From assembly GCA_964347045.1 (NCBI GenBank), contig CAYFXC010000011.1, forward strand, positions 1-64,000: DNA of 64,000 bases, read 5' to 3'. Both the position numbers and the translations under genes were made by a program. The notes beneath the pieces are model-generated. The model was not told where the DNA came from, ran no database searches, and saw only the letters and a program-made list of their open reading frames with translations. This DNA is from an uncultured archaeon (GTDB taxonomy: Archaea > Asgardarchaeota > Hermodarchaeia > Hermodarchaeales > Hermodarchaeaceae). This document shows, piece after piece, positions 45,713 to 56,729 of the stretch; the first letter of the stretch is position 1, and each line of letters starts with the position of its first letter.

Positions 45713-47272
45713 TCATTCAGAAGGAGGCTGCTCCTTTTTTGGTTCCCAGATTCCAATCTTCTTGTAAATAGTAATCAATGGATCTAACCGTCCCTTCGAA
45801 ATCCGTGAGACAATGGCCATTTCATCTTGTGTAAAAGTAGAGAATAATGCCGAAAACAAAAGTAAGGTGAGAAATGAAATTCCTGTTATTACGAGTGTAT
45901 CAACAATGTCAAGTGGTGCAAACCACAAAGCTAACAAGAAAACTATAATTGTCTGTACAACTCCTAGACTTACCAATTGAATTACTGCCTTCTTTCCGAG
46001 AAGTTTCATCTCAGGAGTTTGCCAAGTAATTAGACAAAACGCGAAGAAATAACCCAACATCATCGAAAGGGCAACTCCAAAAACCTCGAGAGCTTGAACC
46101 CAACCCAATAAAAAGAACACGATAAGAAAAATCGAAAATCCGATTACGTAACTAATTTGAAACGCTAACATCTTGTATGTTTCTCCTTTCGCCCCCCGAA
46201 TATTTCCCATTAATGCTGTAAACGCGAAAAGTACCATGGTTACAGAAGCTATTGAGAGGAGTAGTTGGTTATCTGCTAGGAGATATTGTTCCCCCAGTAT
46301 TAGACCAATCAGGGGAAGACCGGCAAAGGCTAAAATCGGTGCAACGAAGAAAATGGCTATAGAGAGCATTTTTGTAGTTACTCCAAGGGCAACACCTGCT
46401 CTTGAGGAGCGTTGTTGAAAAACCATAGTCATGATTGGAAAAAAGGGAATCAAAAGTGTCAAAATTGCCTCTTGAGCAATCCCAGTAATTCTTGTTACTA
46501 GGTGATAATTCGCTAGGTCAGTTAGTGTAAAAAAAAGTAGTATTATATATCGATCAATAAATGATCGCAACGATCGAAAAAGAAAGTTGAAAAATACAGG
46601 AATTGTAAAAATGATCAAAGCTTTTGAAGGCCACGTTAGCTTGAAAAATGAACGTGACCATTTAAGGTCGCTTCTAGGAATCATAACTAACAAAACGAGT
46701 AAATCTGCTAGAAGCCATCCAATAAAAATTGAAGTTATGTTAGAGGTGAAGAAAAAGAATACAAGTGGAAATATAAAATTCAAAATGGTTTGAATCGCAA
46801 CATAAACTAGGCTCAATTCAATTTTTAGATAAGACTGATAGATGTATTGGAAAAGTGGGAAAAGACTGAAAACCACCACAGTAAGGATGAAAATTATTGC
46901 ATCATTAGACCAAATTGGGATCGAAACGGTAAGCAAATAAAGAACTGCTGTTGTTGGGGCAAACAGGATTGTAATTAGTATGCCATAGAGGGTTATTCTG
47001 TGGATGATTTTTTCGGCTTCTTGGTGATCCTTTTCAGATAATGCTCTCTGTTGTAAGGTCCACCCAATCCACGGGGCTAAAATTGATCCAATAAATGAAA
47101 TTCCCAATGCAAAGATTTGAACGTAGCCATATTCAGCTGGTAATAACCAGCGGGCCATAAAAAATATGTAGACAATCTGAACCGAACGAACGAGGATTAT
47201 TCGTATCCAACCGATGGATGTAGTTCGTGCATATATTGCCGCTAATTCAGGATCTTTCGGTTCATCAGCCAT
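45713..47272 (-). CDS. oligosaccharide flippase (Wzx/MOP family)
   Basis: ARWLLPAEYG, IDRYII, ANY, FPIM; ~13-14 TM. Confidence 0.85.
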   Translation of the reverse strand: MADEPKDPELAAIYARTTSIGWIRIILVRSVQIVYIFFMARWLLPAEYGYVQIFALGISFIGSILAPWIGWTLQQRALSEKDHQEAEKIIHRITLYGILITILFAPTTAVLYLLTVSIPIWSNDAIIFILTVVVFSLFPLFQYIYQSYLKIELSLVYVAIQTILNFIFPLVFFFFTSNITSIFIGWLLADLLVLLVMIPRSDLKWSRSFFKLTWPSKALIIFTIPVFFNFLFRSLRSFIDRYIILLFFTLTDLANYHLVTRITGIAQEAILTLLIPFFPIMTMVFQQRSSRAGVALGVTTKMLSIAIFFVAPILAFAGLPLIGLILGEQYLLADNQLLLSIASVTMVLFAFTALMGNIRGAKGETYKMLAFQISYVIGFSIFLIVFFLLGWVQALEVFGVALSMMLGYFFAFCLITWQTPEMKLLGKKAVIQLVSLGVVQTIIVFLLALWFAPLDIVDTLVITGISFLTLLLFSALFSTFTQDEMAIVSRISKGRLDPLITIYKKIGIWEPKKEQPPSE

Positions 47273-47390
47273 TTGCTTTCACCGGCTAGGTGCTTGAGGG
47301 GAATAAAAAAGTGCTCAAGATTTGATTCTCCACCTTGAAAGACCTCGCCTATCAATCTTTTTGTAAAGGTTTGTGTTGTAGAAACTAATT

Positions 47391-48524
47391 TTAATTTGCC
47401 TTGAAGAAATCGATGATAGCTTTTGAAATATAGTCGAGTTCTTCTTCAGTCATAAGCGGGAATATTGGTAGTGTCAGGACTTCTGATGAAAGAAGCTCAG
47501 TTTTGGGTAATTTAATTGCTCCAAAACCAAGTTTTTGAAATACTGAGTACTTGTGTACTGGATCGAAATACACTTTTGTAGTTATTCCTTTATTCGTTAA
47601 ATGTTGCATTAGTTCGTTTCGGTTCTTCTTGCCATCTTTGACTCTAATCGGATACATTTGGTAAACGCAAAAGAATTCGTCACTTGGAGGAGTTAGAGGG
47701 ACTATTTCGTCAATATCACTCAAACGTTTATTCAAATAGTTTGCATTTCTTCGTCGCATCCCAATTAAGTCATCTACCCTTTTTAATTGAGAAATACCAA
47801 GAGCTGCAAGAATTGTTGACATACGAAGATTGTAACCTACATTGACATAATCTATCTCTCCACTACTCGAAAAATAATCCCCCTCTGTTATTCGTCCATA
47901 GGATCTGAATAGCCTAGTTTTTTCCATTAATTCATTATCGTCAGTGACTACAGCCCCTCCTTCACTAGTAGTAAAGACTTTATTTTGACAAAAACTGAAA
48001 ATTGCTGAATCGCCAAAAGTTCCCATATATCTGTTCTTGAACTTGGCTCCAAATGCTTCAGCAGCATCCTCGATTAGGATTAGGTTATGTTCTAATGCCA
48101 ATTCATGGAGTGAATCAATTTGGCAGGGCATTCCACCATAATGAATTGGCATAATTGCTTTAGTCTTTGAAGTTATTTTTTGTTTTACATCCTCCGCATC
48201 TAGACCAAATGTTTGTTCCTCAACATCTGCGAAAACTGGCTCTGCTCCCACATAAAGAGGGGCATAAGCGGTTGCAATGAATGTAAAAGAGGGAACAATA
48301 ATTTCATCGCCCTTTGAGAAACCATATGATTCCATCAGTGCTTGTAATGCTGAACCTCCTGAATTAAGGAGAATACAATATTTCAAACCCAAATAATCAG
48401 CGATTTTCACTTCAAGTTCTTCAATCTCTTCACCGATACACCAATGTTTTCCTGATCGAATCACTTTCTCTATTAGCTTGAGATCATCCTCATTCCAATG
48501 TATCTTGAAAAGTGGAATATCCAA
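47391..48524 (-). CDS. DegT/DnrJ/EryC1 sugar aminotransferase (LegC/PglE-like)
   Basis: NSGGSAL, VPSFTFIATA, IEDAAEAFGA, FSFCQNKVFTTSEGG, GYNLRM, LTLP. Confidence 0.93.
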   Translation of the reverse strand: MDIPLFKIHWNEDDLKLIEKVIRSGKHWCIGEEIEELEVKIADYLGLKYCILLNSGGSALQALMESYGFSKGDEIIVPSFTFIATAYAPLYVGAEPVFADVEEQTFGLDAEDVKQKITSKTKAIMPIHYGGMPCQIDSLHELALEHNLILIEDAAEAFGAKFKNRYMGTFGDSAIFSFCQNKVFTTSEGGAVVTDDNELMEKTRLFRSYGRITEGDYFSSSGEIDYVNVGYNLRMSTILAALGISQLKRVDDLIGMRRRNANYLNKRLSDIDEIVPLTPPSDEFFCVYQMYPIRVKDGKKNRNELMQHLTNKGITTKVYFDPVHKYSVFQKLGFGAIKLPKTELLSSEVLTLPIFPLMTEEELDYISKAIIDFFKAN

Positions 48525-48531
48525 TGCAAAT

Positions 48532-48951
48532 TCACCCCTTTCCGGTCTCCGTTTCAGTAAAATGTCTCATAACTTTGGCAGGAATGCCATATGCAATAAC
48601 ATTCCTTGGTAGACTCTTCTTTACATAACTAAATGCGCCAACAACTGTATTTTCTCCTATCGTTACCCCAGGCATAATCACTGAATGAGTTCCGATTTTT
48701 ACATTTCGTTCAATTACGACTTTGCCTTTCTTGTCGTCGATGGTTGAATGAGAATATATGGCGCAATGTGAGCCTACTTGAACTCCTTCCCCAATTATTA
48801 CTGTATATTTGGCATTGATGTATGTGAAAGCACCTATATCAGAATTTTTTCCAAGTTCAAGGTTTTCATGGTGTTGACACATCCAATTCCACTTCGTGAG
48901 ACCTTTCTCATCGAATTCGGGATATTTCCAGTCTTTGAATCGTTTTTTCAT
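48532..48951 (-). CDS. hexapeptide-repeat sugar acetyltransferase
   Basis: LbetaH repeats IGEGVQVG..IGTHSVIMPGVTIGENTVVGA, G.PAK. Confidence 0.88.
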   Translation of the reverse strand: MKKRFKDWKYPEFDEKGLTKWNWMCQHHENLELGKNSDIGAFTYINAKYTVIIGEGVQVGSHCAIYSHSTIDDKKGKVVIERNVKIGTHSVIMPGVTIGENTVVGAFSYVKKSLPRNVIAYGIPAKVMRHFTETETGKG

Positions 48952-48972
48952 CGAAAATACACCTGCATCTTT

Positions 48973-50154
48973 TTAATATGTTAATTTCTTTTGCAAAAGC
49001 CTCTTACCTAATTGAATTGTGTTTAAGGCTTCGACGATTTTTGTACTAGCAGTTCCATTACCGTATGGTGTAATTCTTTTTTCAACCTGGGTCCGAAACA
49101 CGCTATCTGATATGGTTTTTTCAATGGCTGCAGTTATTTCGCCTTTACTATAACCCACATCGATTGTGTTGTTGGCTCTTTCTCGATTCTTTTGCCTTGT
49201 TCCTATACTGACAAAGGGCACCCCTAAAGATGGAGCCTCGATAATTCCGCTGCTCGAGTTACCCACAAATACTGAGGACAAACTCATCATAGAGATGAAG
49301 TCAAGATGTGCTAAATTTTTGAATACATGGACCTTTTCCCTATTTTTCACAAACTTGGAAATGATTTTGATCATTTCCAAGCCCCCCGGATAGTCATTCG
49401 GATATATTACAACAATATCTAAATCATGGTCTCTTGCAACTAAATCAACTGACTCCAAAACTAGTCGCATCTGTGCGCTCATTTCTTGCCATTCTGTTGT
49501 AGTAGGATGATGCACGACTAGGATGTATGAATTTTGAGTCATATCAAATTTCTTGGCGAGTTCCTTCCTCGACAATAGTTTTGAATTAAGTATCGTATCA
49601 AGTGCAAGAGCACCAACATTCATAACTCTCCATTCCTCTTCTCCGAGTTTCAGAACTCTTTCCTTACTTAATTCAGTCTGAACAAAATGAAGATGAGCTA
49701 GCTTGGTAATCGCATGTCTTAACACATGATCAATATCTCCAAAACCCACGTCACCCCCCGCAAGATGGGCGATGGGAATATTCATTGTCGTTGCAGCTGT
49801 AGCCGCTGCAAAAGGTTCATTCCTATCACCTAGGACCACAACAATATCCGGTTTGTCCTGATGAAATAAATCTGAAAAACCCAACACGCCTTTGCCAATC
49901 GAAACAGCTAAGTCATGAGTGTTAGTCATAGCTTTTGCGCCCATATCAACAATAGCTGATATCTCAAAACCATCATTTTGTATCTCTTTTATTGAATCCC
50001 CTTGATCTTTCAATAGGTGCATACCTGTAACATAAACTCGAAGAATTAGATCTGGATGATTATCAATTGATAGCATTAGGGGTCTCAAATAACCATACTC
50101 AGCTCTTGTACCAGTGATTACACCGATTTTTCGTGTCATCTGCCTGCACTCCAA
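48973..50154 (-). CDS. neuC: hydrolysing NDP-N-acetylhexosamine 2-epimerase (NeuC/LegG)
   Basis: TGTRAEYG, TGMHL, LGDR.E, H..GGD, RHAITKLAHLHF, GNSSSGIIEAP, G.RQ..R. Confidence 0.93.
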   Translation of the reverse strand: MECRQMTRKIGVITGTRAEYGYLRPLMLSIDNHPDLILRVYVTGMHLLKDQGDSIKEIQNDGFEISAIVDMGAKAMTNTHDLAVSIGKGVLGFSDLFHQDKPDIVVVLGDRNEPFAAATAATTMNIPIAHLAGGDVGFGDIDHVLRHAITKLAHLHFVQTELSKERVLKLGEEEWRVMNVGALALDTILNSKLLSRKELAKKFDMTQNSYILVVHHPTTTEWQEMSAQMRLVLESVDLVARDHDLDIVVIYPNDYPGGLEMIKIISKFVKNREKVHVFKNLAHLDFISMMSLSSVFVGNSSSGIIEAPSLGVPFVSIGTRQKNRERANNTIDVGYSKGEITAAIEKTISDSVFRTQVEKRITPYGNGTASTKIVEALNTIQLGKRLLQKKLTY

Positions 50155-50316
50155 AGACTAGCGGATTCTCGTTTATTACTTCTTTCCTCAGGAAATATGC
50201 TTAGTTTCGAATATAGTTCTAGTAAAAACTTCAAAAACGCAATACTTCAATCGCACTTCAAATGAAACTAGATATTATGAATCCACGTTAATCGATTTTA
50301 TGAAACACCCCGTCAA

Positions 50317-51366
50317 TCATTCAAGCATATTCCATTTTAGAACTTGTTCGCGTTCTATTGCAACTTTTGTTTTTTTCCCGATTATCTCTCTCAGATGTTT
50401 TGGCGCGATCCCAGATCCTGGCCTTTTAATAGCAATCATTTCTTCAGTAAGGGTCGTACCTCGTTGGATATCTCTTTTAGCAACCAAACTTTTCCTAACA
50501 ACCTCTCGTATTCTCATTTCAGATTCGGTTGGATTCTTAATTCCATCTCCCAATGCATTTTCTACACTTCTTACAATTTGTACAAATTCTGATAATTCCT
50601 TTGGCTCCATTGATGCTTTATGATCCGGTCCTGGCATTTGCCTGTCGAGAGTGAAATGTTTCTCTATTACACAAGCACCTAATGAAACTGCTGCAATTGA
50701 ACCCGTAACACCAACTGTATGATCTGAAAATCCAACTGGAACTCCATAGGTGTTTCTTAATGTTACCATTGCACGAAGATTTATCGTTTCTAACGATGCT
50801 GGATAGTTTGTTACGCAATGTAACAAGACTATCTTCTGGTTTCCTTTTTGCCTAATTGTATCCATTGCCTCTCCAACTTCTTCCAGGGTTGCCATTCCAG
50901 TTGATATTATCATTGGTTTTTTGTATGAAGCCACAAGCTCAAGAAAAGGCAGATTTGTTAGATCACCTGATGCGATCTTAAAAACTGGAAGTAAGGGGTC
51001 CAAAAAGGCTACTGCACTTGGTGAATGCGGGGTTGAAAGAAATTTAATGCCCTTTTTATCGCAATATTCTTTTAGCTCAACAAAAGCGTTAAAATCAAGC
51101 TCCAAGCTCTTGATCATCTCAAATTGGCTAGTAATCTCTTCGTATTCTTGCTTCTGATAATCTGCCATCTCGGCTCGCTTAGTAACTAAATCTTCAGCTT
51201 TGAACGTTTGAAATTTAACAGCATCTGCGCCTGACTCTTTGGCAGAATCAACAAGCATTTTTGCTATTCCAAGATTACCATTATGATTAACTCCCGCTTC
51301 CGCAATGATGTAGGTCGGTTCTCCCTCACCGATATATTTTGGCCCTATTTTTATTTTGTAACTCAA
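50317..51366 (-). CDS. neuB: nonulosonic acid synthase (NeuB/LegI) with C-terminal SAF domain
   Basis: IIAEAGVNHNG, DAVKFQT, KIASGD, STGM, LHC.T.YP, GFSDHT, EKHFTLD...GPDH, KRPG.GI.P; start probably TTG 51366. Confidence 0.95.
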   Translation of the reverse strand: MSYKIKIGPKYIGEGEPTYIIAEAGVNHNGNLGIAKMLVDSAKESGADAVKFQTFKAEDLVTKRAEMADYQKQEYEEITSQFEMIKSLELDFNAFVELKEYCDKKGIKFLSTPHSPSAVAFLDPLLPVFKIASGDLTNLPFLELVASYKKPMIISTGMATLEEVGEAMDTIRQKGNQKIVLLHCVTNYPASLETINLRAMVTLRNTYGVPVGFSDHTVGVTGSIAAVSLGACVIEKHFTLDRQMPGPDHKASMEPKELSEFVQIVRSVENALGDGIKNPTESEMRIREVVRKSLVAKRDIQRGTTLTEEMIAIKRPGSGIAPKHLREIIGKKTKVAIEREQVLKWNMLE

Positions 51367-51385
51367 TTTTACCAACCATATAATT

Positions 51386-52093
51386 TTAATCAAAATGAAA
51401 ATGGCCTGATTCAATTAAGAATTCTATGAATTTAAAATCAATTTCTCTATCAATATCTATTGACGCTATCTCATCCATCACATAGATCTTTGCTCGTTCA
51501 CAGTGCAAGCTTTTTGCATCTATAAGAAAATCCCGGTCATAAATATAGATTGAGCCATTTATCTCATATACTACTGGTGCGTCTTGCCTACGAAAGACTT
51601 CTGAACCAAGCCTTTTAGACAAACAAGCATTTTCATTTTCATCAAGTTCAACCATATTAAAATACGGATTTTTCTTTGCCACGGTAACACTATAAAGAAC
51701 CTGTGGTTTAGTTTGAATGAATTTTTCTAAAGCTTTATCTAAATCACTCAGGGTTCGTAAAGGTGCAGTGGGATCGAGATCAACGACCATATCATATTTT
51801 GTTTTGTAATGCTCCTCACAGAATTTTAACGCATGTTGGATGACAGGGATTTTTGGTGTAGTATCGGTGGCTAATTCCTTCGGTCGCAAGAATGGAGTTT
51901 CTGCTCCATATTCATTTGCGATTCTAGCTATTTCTGGTGAGTCGGTGGAAGTAATAATCCTGGATGCTTTGTTCCATTTCTTCATCACAGAAATTGTATA
52001 GTAGATGAGTGGTTTTCCTCCAATATTCCTAATATTCTTACTTGGAACACCTTTGGAGCCACCTCGTGCACATATGGTACCTAATATATTCAT
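51386..52093 (-). CDS. neuA: acylneuraminate cytidylyltransferase (NeuA/LegF)
   Basis: ARGGSKGVPSKN, STDS, RP.ELA.D, PT.PLR, RRQD, NGSIY, DID...DF. Confidence 0.95.
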   Translation of the reverse strand: MNILGTICARGGSKGVPSKNIRNIGGKPLIYYTISVMKKWNKASRIITSTDSPEIARIANEYGAETPFLRPKELATDTTPKIPVIQHALKFCEEHYKTKYDMVVDLDPTAPLRTLSDLDKALEKFIQTKPQVLYSVTVAKKNPYFNMVELDENENACLSKRLGSEVFRRQDAPVVYEINGSIYIYDRDFLIDAKSLHCERAKIYVMDEIASIDIDREIDFKFIEFLIESGHFHFD

Positions 52094-52339
52094 AACAGCT
52101 ATCCCCGTTATTTAACTCAACCTAATATACTCCGTCCTTTTAACATGTGTTTTCTTTATGTTCCCTATGTACATCCCTAAGTCATCGGAAAGATTACTTG
52201 TTTGAAAAGAGTAATTTGATATTTAATAGACACTTTGCAATAATCCGTAGGTTTCAAAAGAATCAAAGAGGACTGAACTGGTGAACGGCTCTAAAGAGGT
52301 TTAAAAATTCTGGCAGAGGTGGTTTTAGTTCTGCCCTTT

Positions 52340-53287
52340 TCATTCAGTTCGATCATTTCTTACTTTCCATTGTGAGAAGTCATAGGTGGGTGGGCGAATT
52401 GCGTAAAGTGTTGAGGAGACTTTATTGACATAAGGCGTTTCCGTGGAGGTGTGAAGTTCTTCGTCTTTCTTCTCCCCGAACTCAGGTGTTCCATAGACAA
52501 TCTCTACATCATCATACTGCTTATCCTTTATCCACTCCCGTGCCACATCGATGATGAGTTTGCGATCTTTCTTTGAGAGCGCGGGGAAAAAGATTTCACC
52601 ACCACTCATTTTCTCAAAGGATTCGATGAGGAACTCTACTGCCCTATCAATATGGATAAAGTAGCGCGTCATCTTCGAGTCACGCACTATGAGTTTTCCC
52701 ATAGTACGATACTGGAATTCCCATGCTTCAAAGACATTTCCTGCTGTTTCCATCACATTCGGAAAGCGTGCGGAACTCAACATAAGAGGTCTATCGCCTT
52801 TGATGTAATTAGCAGCAAGGATAAGGCGTTCACCGATGAGTTTGCTGGCTCCCATCATACTCGTTGGATTCACTGCTTTATCCGTGCTGATGTAAAGGAA
52901 TTTCTCTAGAGTTGGTGTATCAAAGGCTGCGCGGATTGCATTCTGAGTGCCAATAACATTTGTTTCTACTGCGTCAAAGGGATTATACTCGCAGAGAGCA
53001 ACATGCTTCAAGGCTGCACAGTGAAAAACATGCTTAACACCAAACATTGCCTCTTTTAGTCGAGGATAGTCACGTACATCGCCCACGAGAAATCGGAGAT
53101 TCGGATTCTTGAGTCGTTCTCGAAGATACCATATCCCATACTCATTATTGTCGAAGACACGGATGGTGTATTCATCACCCATTGTATTGACGAGGTGTTC
53201 TGTCAGGGCTGAGCCGATTGAGCCAGATCCGCCAGTAACGAGGATGGCGGGCTTGGTTTCTTTCGCCTTTTTCTTTGATTTACTCAA
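52340..53287 (-). CDS. NDP-GlcNAc 4,6-dehydratase (CapD/PglF/LegB-like SDR)
   Basis: TGGSGSIG, GDVRD, HCAALKHV..CEYNP, STDKAVNPTSMMGASK (MxxxK variant), MTRYF, GEK..EEL. Confidence 0.9.
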   Translation of the reverse strand: MSKSKKKAKETKPAILVTGGSGSIGSALTEHLVNTMGDEYTIRVFDNNEYGIWYLRERLKNPNLRFLVGDVRDYPRLKEAMFGVKHVFHCAALKHVALCEYNPFDAVETNVIGTQNAIRAAFDTPTLEKFLYISTDKAVNPTSMMGASKLIGERLILAANYIKGDRPLMLSSARFPNVMETAGNVFEAWEFQYRTMGKLIVRDSKMTRYFIHIDRAVEFLIESFEKMSGGEIFFPALSKKDRKLIIDVAREWIKDKQYDDVEIVYGTPEFGEKKDEELHTSTETPYVNKVSSTLYAIRPPTYDFSQWKVRNDRTE

Positions 53288-53916
53288 GGAATATGCCTCC
53301 CATCATTGATTACAGTAATTAGGATACTCCTATTTAGGCATTTAAACTGGAGGAAGGAGGTCCTTTCTTCTCACTCCCCAAGCTCCTTTTCTTCCAAAAT
53401 GCTGCTTGATTTCTCGGTGATTCAATTTAGCACAAGGAGTTCAAATGAGGAGAAATATACAAATGGATAGACTCGAATTTTATAAAATTTCTCTCCTTAA
53501 TACATTGACTGATAGTTCGATTGATTGGAAGATTTTTTTCGGAATCCGACTAATGATATTAATGAGAAATGAAGCCTTTCGATTTACGACATTGACCAAA
53601 ATCATCAAAATAGGCTCAAACAAAATGGGCTTTAATTGATTTTTAGGAACTATGACAACAATCAAAATAGGTTATTAAAGGCATTAGTGGTTAGATTTTG
53701 TGAACTCAATGTCAGAAAACCTGTAGTTGACAGGTATCACCAATACCTGGCTGCCAGGGTATCTGTTATTGAACAAAATGAATTGAATTCATACGGAATT
53801 ATTGATATTCTGAGGAAGTCTGGATTAACAATAAAGTAATTTCAAATGCTAGTGGAGCGCTAATTTAGAAAATGAATGCGTAGCTGTGTAATATTCAAGA
53901 TGGGCTCGGTATTGAT

Positions 53917-55572
53917 ATGAATAAACTGCTAAATTGGATTTTAAAAATTCGAACCACTCCACTTTATAATAATACGCGTTTTATTAACTTGACAAAATAC
54001 AAGGAATTTGCATTTTGGGGGACTCTTCGTAATCGGATGTACTATGATATTCAGAAAGTGAAAGAAACAAACCAAAGACTTTACCGATCCTATTCCAGCC
54101 AAAGGTTCATTGGGCGCTTTTCATATTTGCTTGTTGCCTATTTTCTATTTGTTGCCCTTGTTTCCAAGATTATTTGTTTGATAGTTCCTCAGTCTGAGAA
54201 GGAAGCAAAAAATACTATCTTTGCTACCACAGATTTTCCTTCCATGCGGGTATTGAAAAATCCTGTTTCGAAACGATTCGAATTTGGGCATTCGATTTTT
54301 CGCCCGATTTTTCAAAAGATCTTTAAGAATTATCCCGACATTCGAGTTGCGTCTTGCTATCCCTTTGGTTTCACTCTACTTCGTAATCTCCGAATAGCAC
54401 TAAATATGAGGCGTAGTGGGAGTGTGGGTAATTTTTCCCCATTAGAATCATATGCCTCAATTGGCTCTTTGTTAGAGATTATTCGAGCAAAACGCTACTT
54501 TGGTAAAATGTTACGGAAACTAAAAACTAAAACAACTCAAAACAAATTACTTTCATTCAGCAATATCGATCTTGTAAAAGCATTACCGAATTATTTCGAA
54601 TACTACTTTCAAACCTTCCTTCCCCTCGCTGCGCTTTATCTTGATCTCTGTCAACGAGCATTGAAAAGAGAATCACCAGACACCATATTGCTTGTTGATG
54701 AATATCTGCTATTTGGTAGATCTCTTCTGTATGCTGCCACTGATGAACAGATACCAACCTTTGCGATTCAACACGGAATTATCTACAAATTCAGTCCAGC
54801 CTACTTTTATGATCAGGAGGAGATCTCACAAGATGGGAACCCTTTCTTTCCCTATTCACCGTTGCCAACCAAGATAGCACTCTATGGCAAATACCATGAA
54901 CAAATACTTACCAAATACAGTAAATATCCCAAATCAAGATTAGTTGTTACTGGACAACCACGATACGATGTCCTGAAATTTGCAAAGGAAACATATAGTC
55001 GATCCGAGTTTTGTCGACGCTACAATTTGAATCCAACCAAAAGAATCGCGCTCTTAATAACTCAGCCATTCCCCATTCAAAAATCTCGAACTGAATTTAT
55101 TATACCGACTTCTCAGGCATTAAGTCAAATAAAGAATCTTCAAATTGTGGTAAAGCCCCATCCCAACGAATCCTCGGCTTGGTACAAAGAATTGTTAACT
55201 AAGCAAGGCATCGATGCGACAATTCTTTCACCTAAATCTGATACCAATGAAGCTATCTTTGCTTGTGATTTATTCATCGCAGTAAATTCAACAACCATTA
55301 TCGAAGCCTTAATTCTAAACAAACCTGTAGTCGTGGTTAATCTCTCGAATTTTCCTGAAGTGTTACCTTGGGTTAGTGATGGTGCCGCAATAGAGGTTAC
55401 CAATCAAGATGATCTTCTTGAAACCTTCCTGAAGGTATTAGATGATGAGCAATTTCTCGATGCACATAGTGATGGTAGGACTAGGTTCTTAACAAATCAA
55501 ATTTACAAGGATGATGGCAAAGCAACTGACCGTGTCATTGCAGTTTTAGAGACCTTGATTTCATCTAACTGA
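53917..55572 (+). CDS. GT-B fold glycosyltransferase, candidate nonulosonate transferase
   Basis: AIQHG, VTGQPRYD, VKPHP.E, NSTTIIEALILNKPVV, DG.ATDRV. Confidence 0.7.
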   Translation: MNKLLNWILKIRTTPLYNNTRFINLTKYKEFAFWGTLRNRMYYDIQKVKETNQRLYRSYSSQRFIGRFSYLLVAYFLFVALVSKIICLIVPQSEKEAKNTIFATTDFPSMRVLKNPVSKRFEFGHSIFRPIFQKIFKNYPDIRVASCYPFGFTLLRNLRIALNMRRSGSVGNFSPLESYASIGSLLEIIRAKRYFGKMLRKLKTKTTQNKLLSFSNIDLVKALPNYFEYYFQTFLPLAALYLDLCQRALKRESPDTILLVDEYLLFGRSLLYAATDEQIPTFAIQHGIIYKFSPAYFYDQEEISQDGNPFFPYSPLPTKIALYGKYHEQILTKYSKYPKSRLVVTGQPRYDVLKFAKETYSRSEFCRRYNLNPTKRIALLITQPFPIQKSRTEFIIPTSQALSQIKNLQIVVKPHPNESSAWYKELLTKQGIDATILSPKSDTNEAIFACDLFIAVNSTTIIEALILNKPVVVVNLSNFPEVLPWVSDGAAIEVTNQDDLLETFLKVLDDEQFLDAHSDGRTRFLTNQIYKDDGKATDRVIAVLETLISSN

Positions 55573-55619
55573 TTAGCCAACAACAGACTGAGCTAATCAA
55601 ATTGGCTTCTGTGAATACA

Positions 55620-56717
55620 TTATCCTGATCCAAGCAGTTTTCTTTGCCACCGGTCAGTCTTATACTCATCGTGGCGTTTAATTGGGAGTGCCATTATCTC
55701 TTCAAAATCTTCGTCGTTCCAGCCAAATTTTTTCATTATATATTCTTTATCGCGCTTCAACTCTTTTTCATCGTACAAAGGTTTCATTAACTCTGCTTGC
55801 GCCTCTTCACGTGTAATTTGACCTGACATAATGTAAGTAGATAAGTGAGCCTTACGTTTGTCTATGTTAAATTTTTGTGGGAGAATGTGTGCCTGGTAAA
55901 ATTTTGTAAAGAGTGATTCATGGTGCTTTCCCCCATAATCTTCCCAAGCGAATTCATTTGTTAGAATTTGTTTGGCTTTTTCTCGATTATAATCCACGTA
56001 GTTCAATATTGGAATACTTTGAATTCCCCTAATTTTCTTCAAGTATACCGTTTTTAGAAAACCGAGTGTCGGGAAGGTTTTGAGTTTTTTTGAACCATAT
56101 CGGTGGTGAATATCTTCAAGATTAACTAGATCGTTTTTAGTCCATACCCAACTTCTCGGCATGATTCCCTCAGTTACATAATTACTGCCAGTCAGGATGT
56201 ATTTGACACCTTGTTTCATTGCCGCATCGTAGATTATGGCCATAATGGCATGGTCAGTGATCGCTTCGATATCCACTACAGAGGCTTTGAAGTAGGCTAG
56301 CTGCAAGTCTTTGAACTCTTCCCAATCAATAACGTGAGTATACAAATCCACATCAATATACTTCAATACTCTCTCAATGTTAGTTACTGCTAGCTTGGAA
56401 TTCCATCCATTATCGAGGTGTACCGCAAGGGGTCGTAATCCGAGTTCCTTAGCCTTTATTGCTGTAAAGGTGCTATCTACCCCGCCTGAGACGCCTAAAA
56501 CGCAATCATATTTCTTGTGTTTCCCCTTTTCTTGAATCTCGTGAATAATTCGGGCTAGTTCTACTTTTCTTTCTTCATCGGGTAGGATGAACTGCGCTTT
56601 CCGTTGCTCATAATTAATACAATGATTGCAGATACCCTTCTCATCAAATCGGATATCAGGATCTGTCGTGTCCATAACACATCGAGTGCAAACTTGTAAA
56701 TCAATTGTCACATTCAT
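55620..56717 (-). CDS. N-acetyl sugar amidotransferase (WbuX/PseA/PtmG family)
   Basis: CTRCVMD.TDP.I.FD..G.CNHC, YDCVLGVSGGVDS (PP-loop), HLDNGW, YGGKHHES, DKRK.HLS. Confidence 0.92.
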   Translation of the reverse strand: MNVTIDLQVCTRCVMDTTDPDIRFDEKGICNHCINYEQRKAQFILPDEERKVELARIIHEIQEKGKHKKYDCVLGVSGGVDSTFTAIKAKELGLRPLAVHLDNGWNSKLAVTNIERVLKYIDVDLYTHVIDWEEFKDLQLAYFKASVVDIEAITDHAIMAIIYDAAMKQGVKYILTGSNYVTEGIMPRSWVWTKNDLVNLEDIHHRYGSKKLKTFPTLGFLKTVYLKKIRGIQSIPILNYVDYNREKAKQILTNEFAWEDYGGKHHESLFTKFYQAHILPQKFNIDKRKAHLSTYIMSGQITREEAQAELMKPLYDEKELKRDKEYIMKKFGWNDEDFEEIMALPIKRHDEYKTDRWQRKLLGSG

Positions 56718-56729
56718 TTCCCCTTTTTT

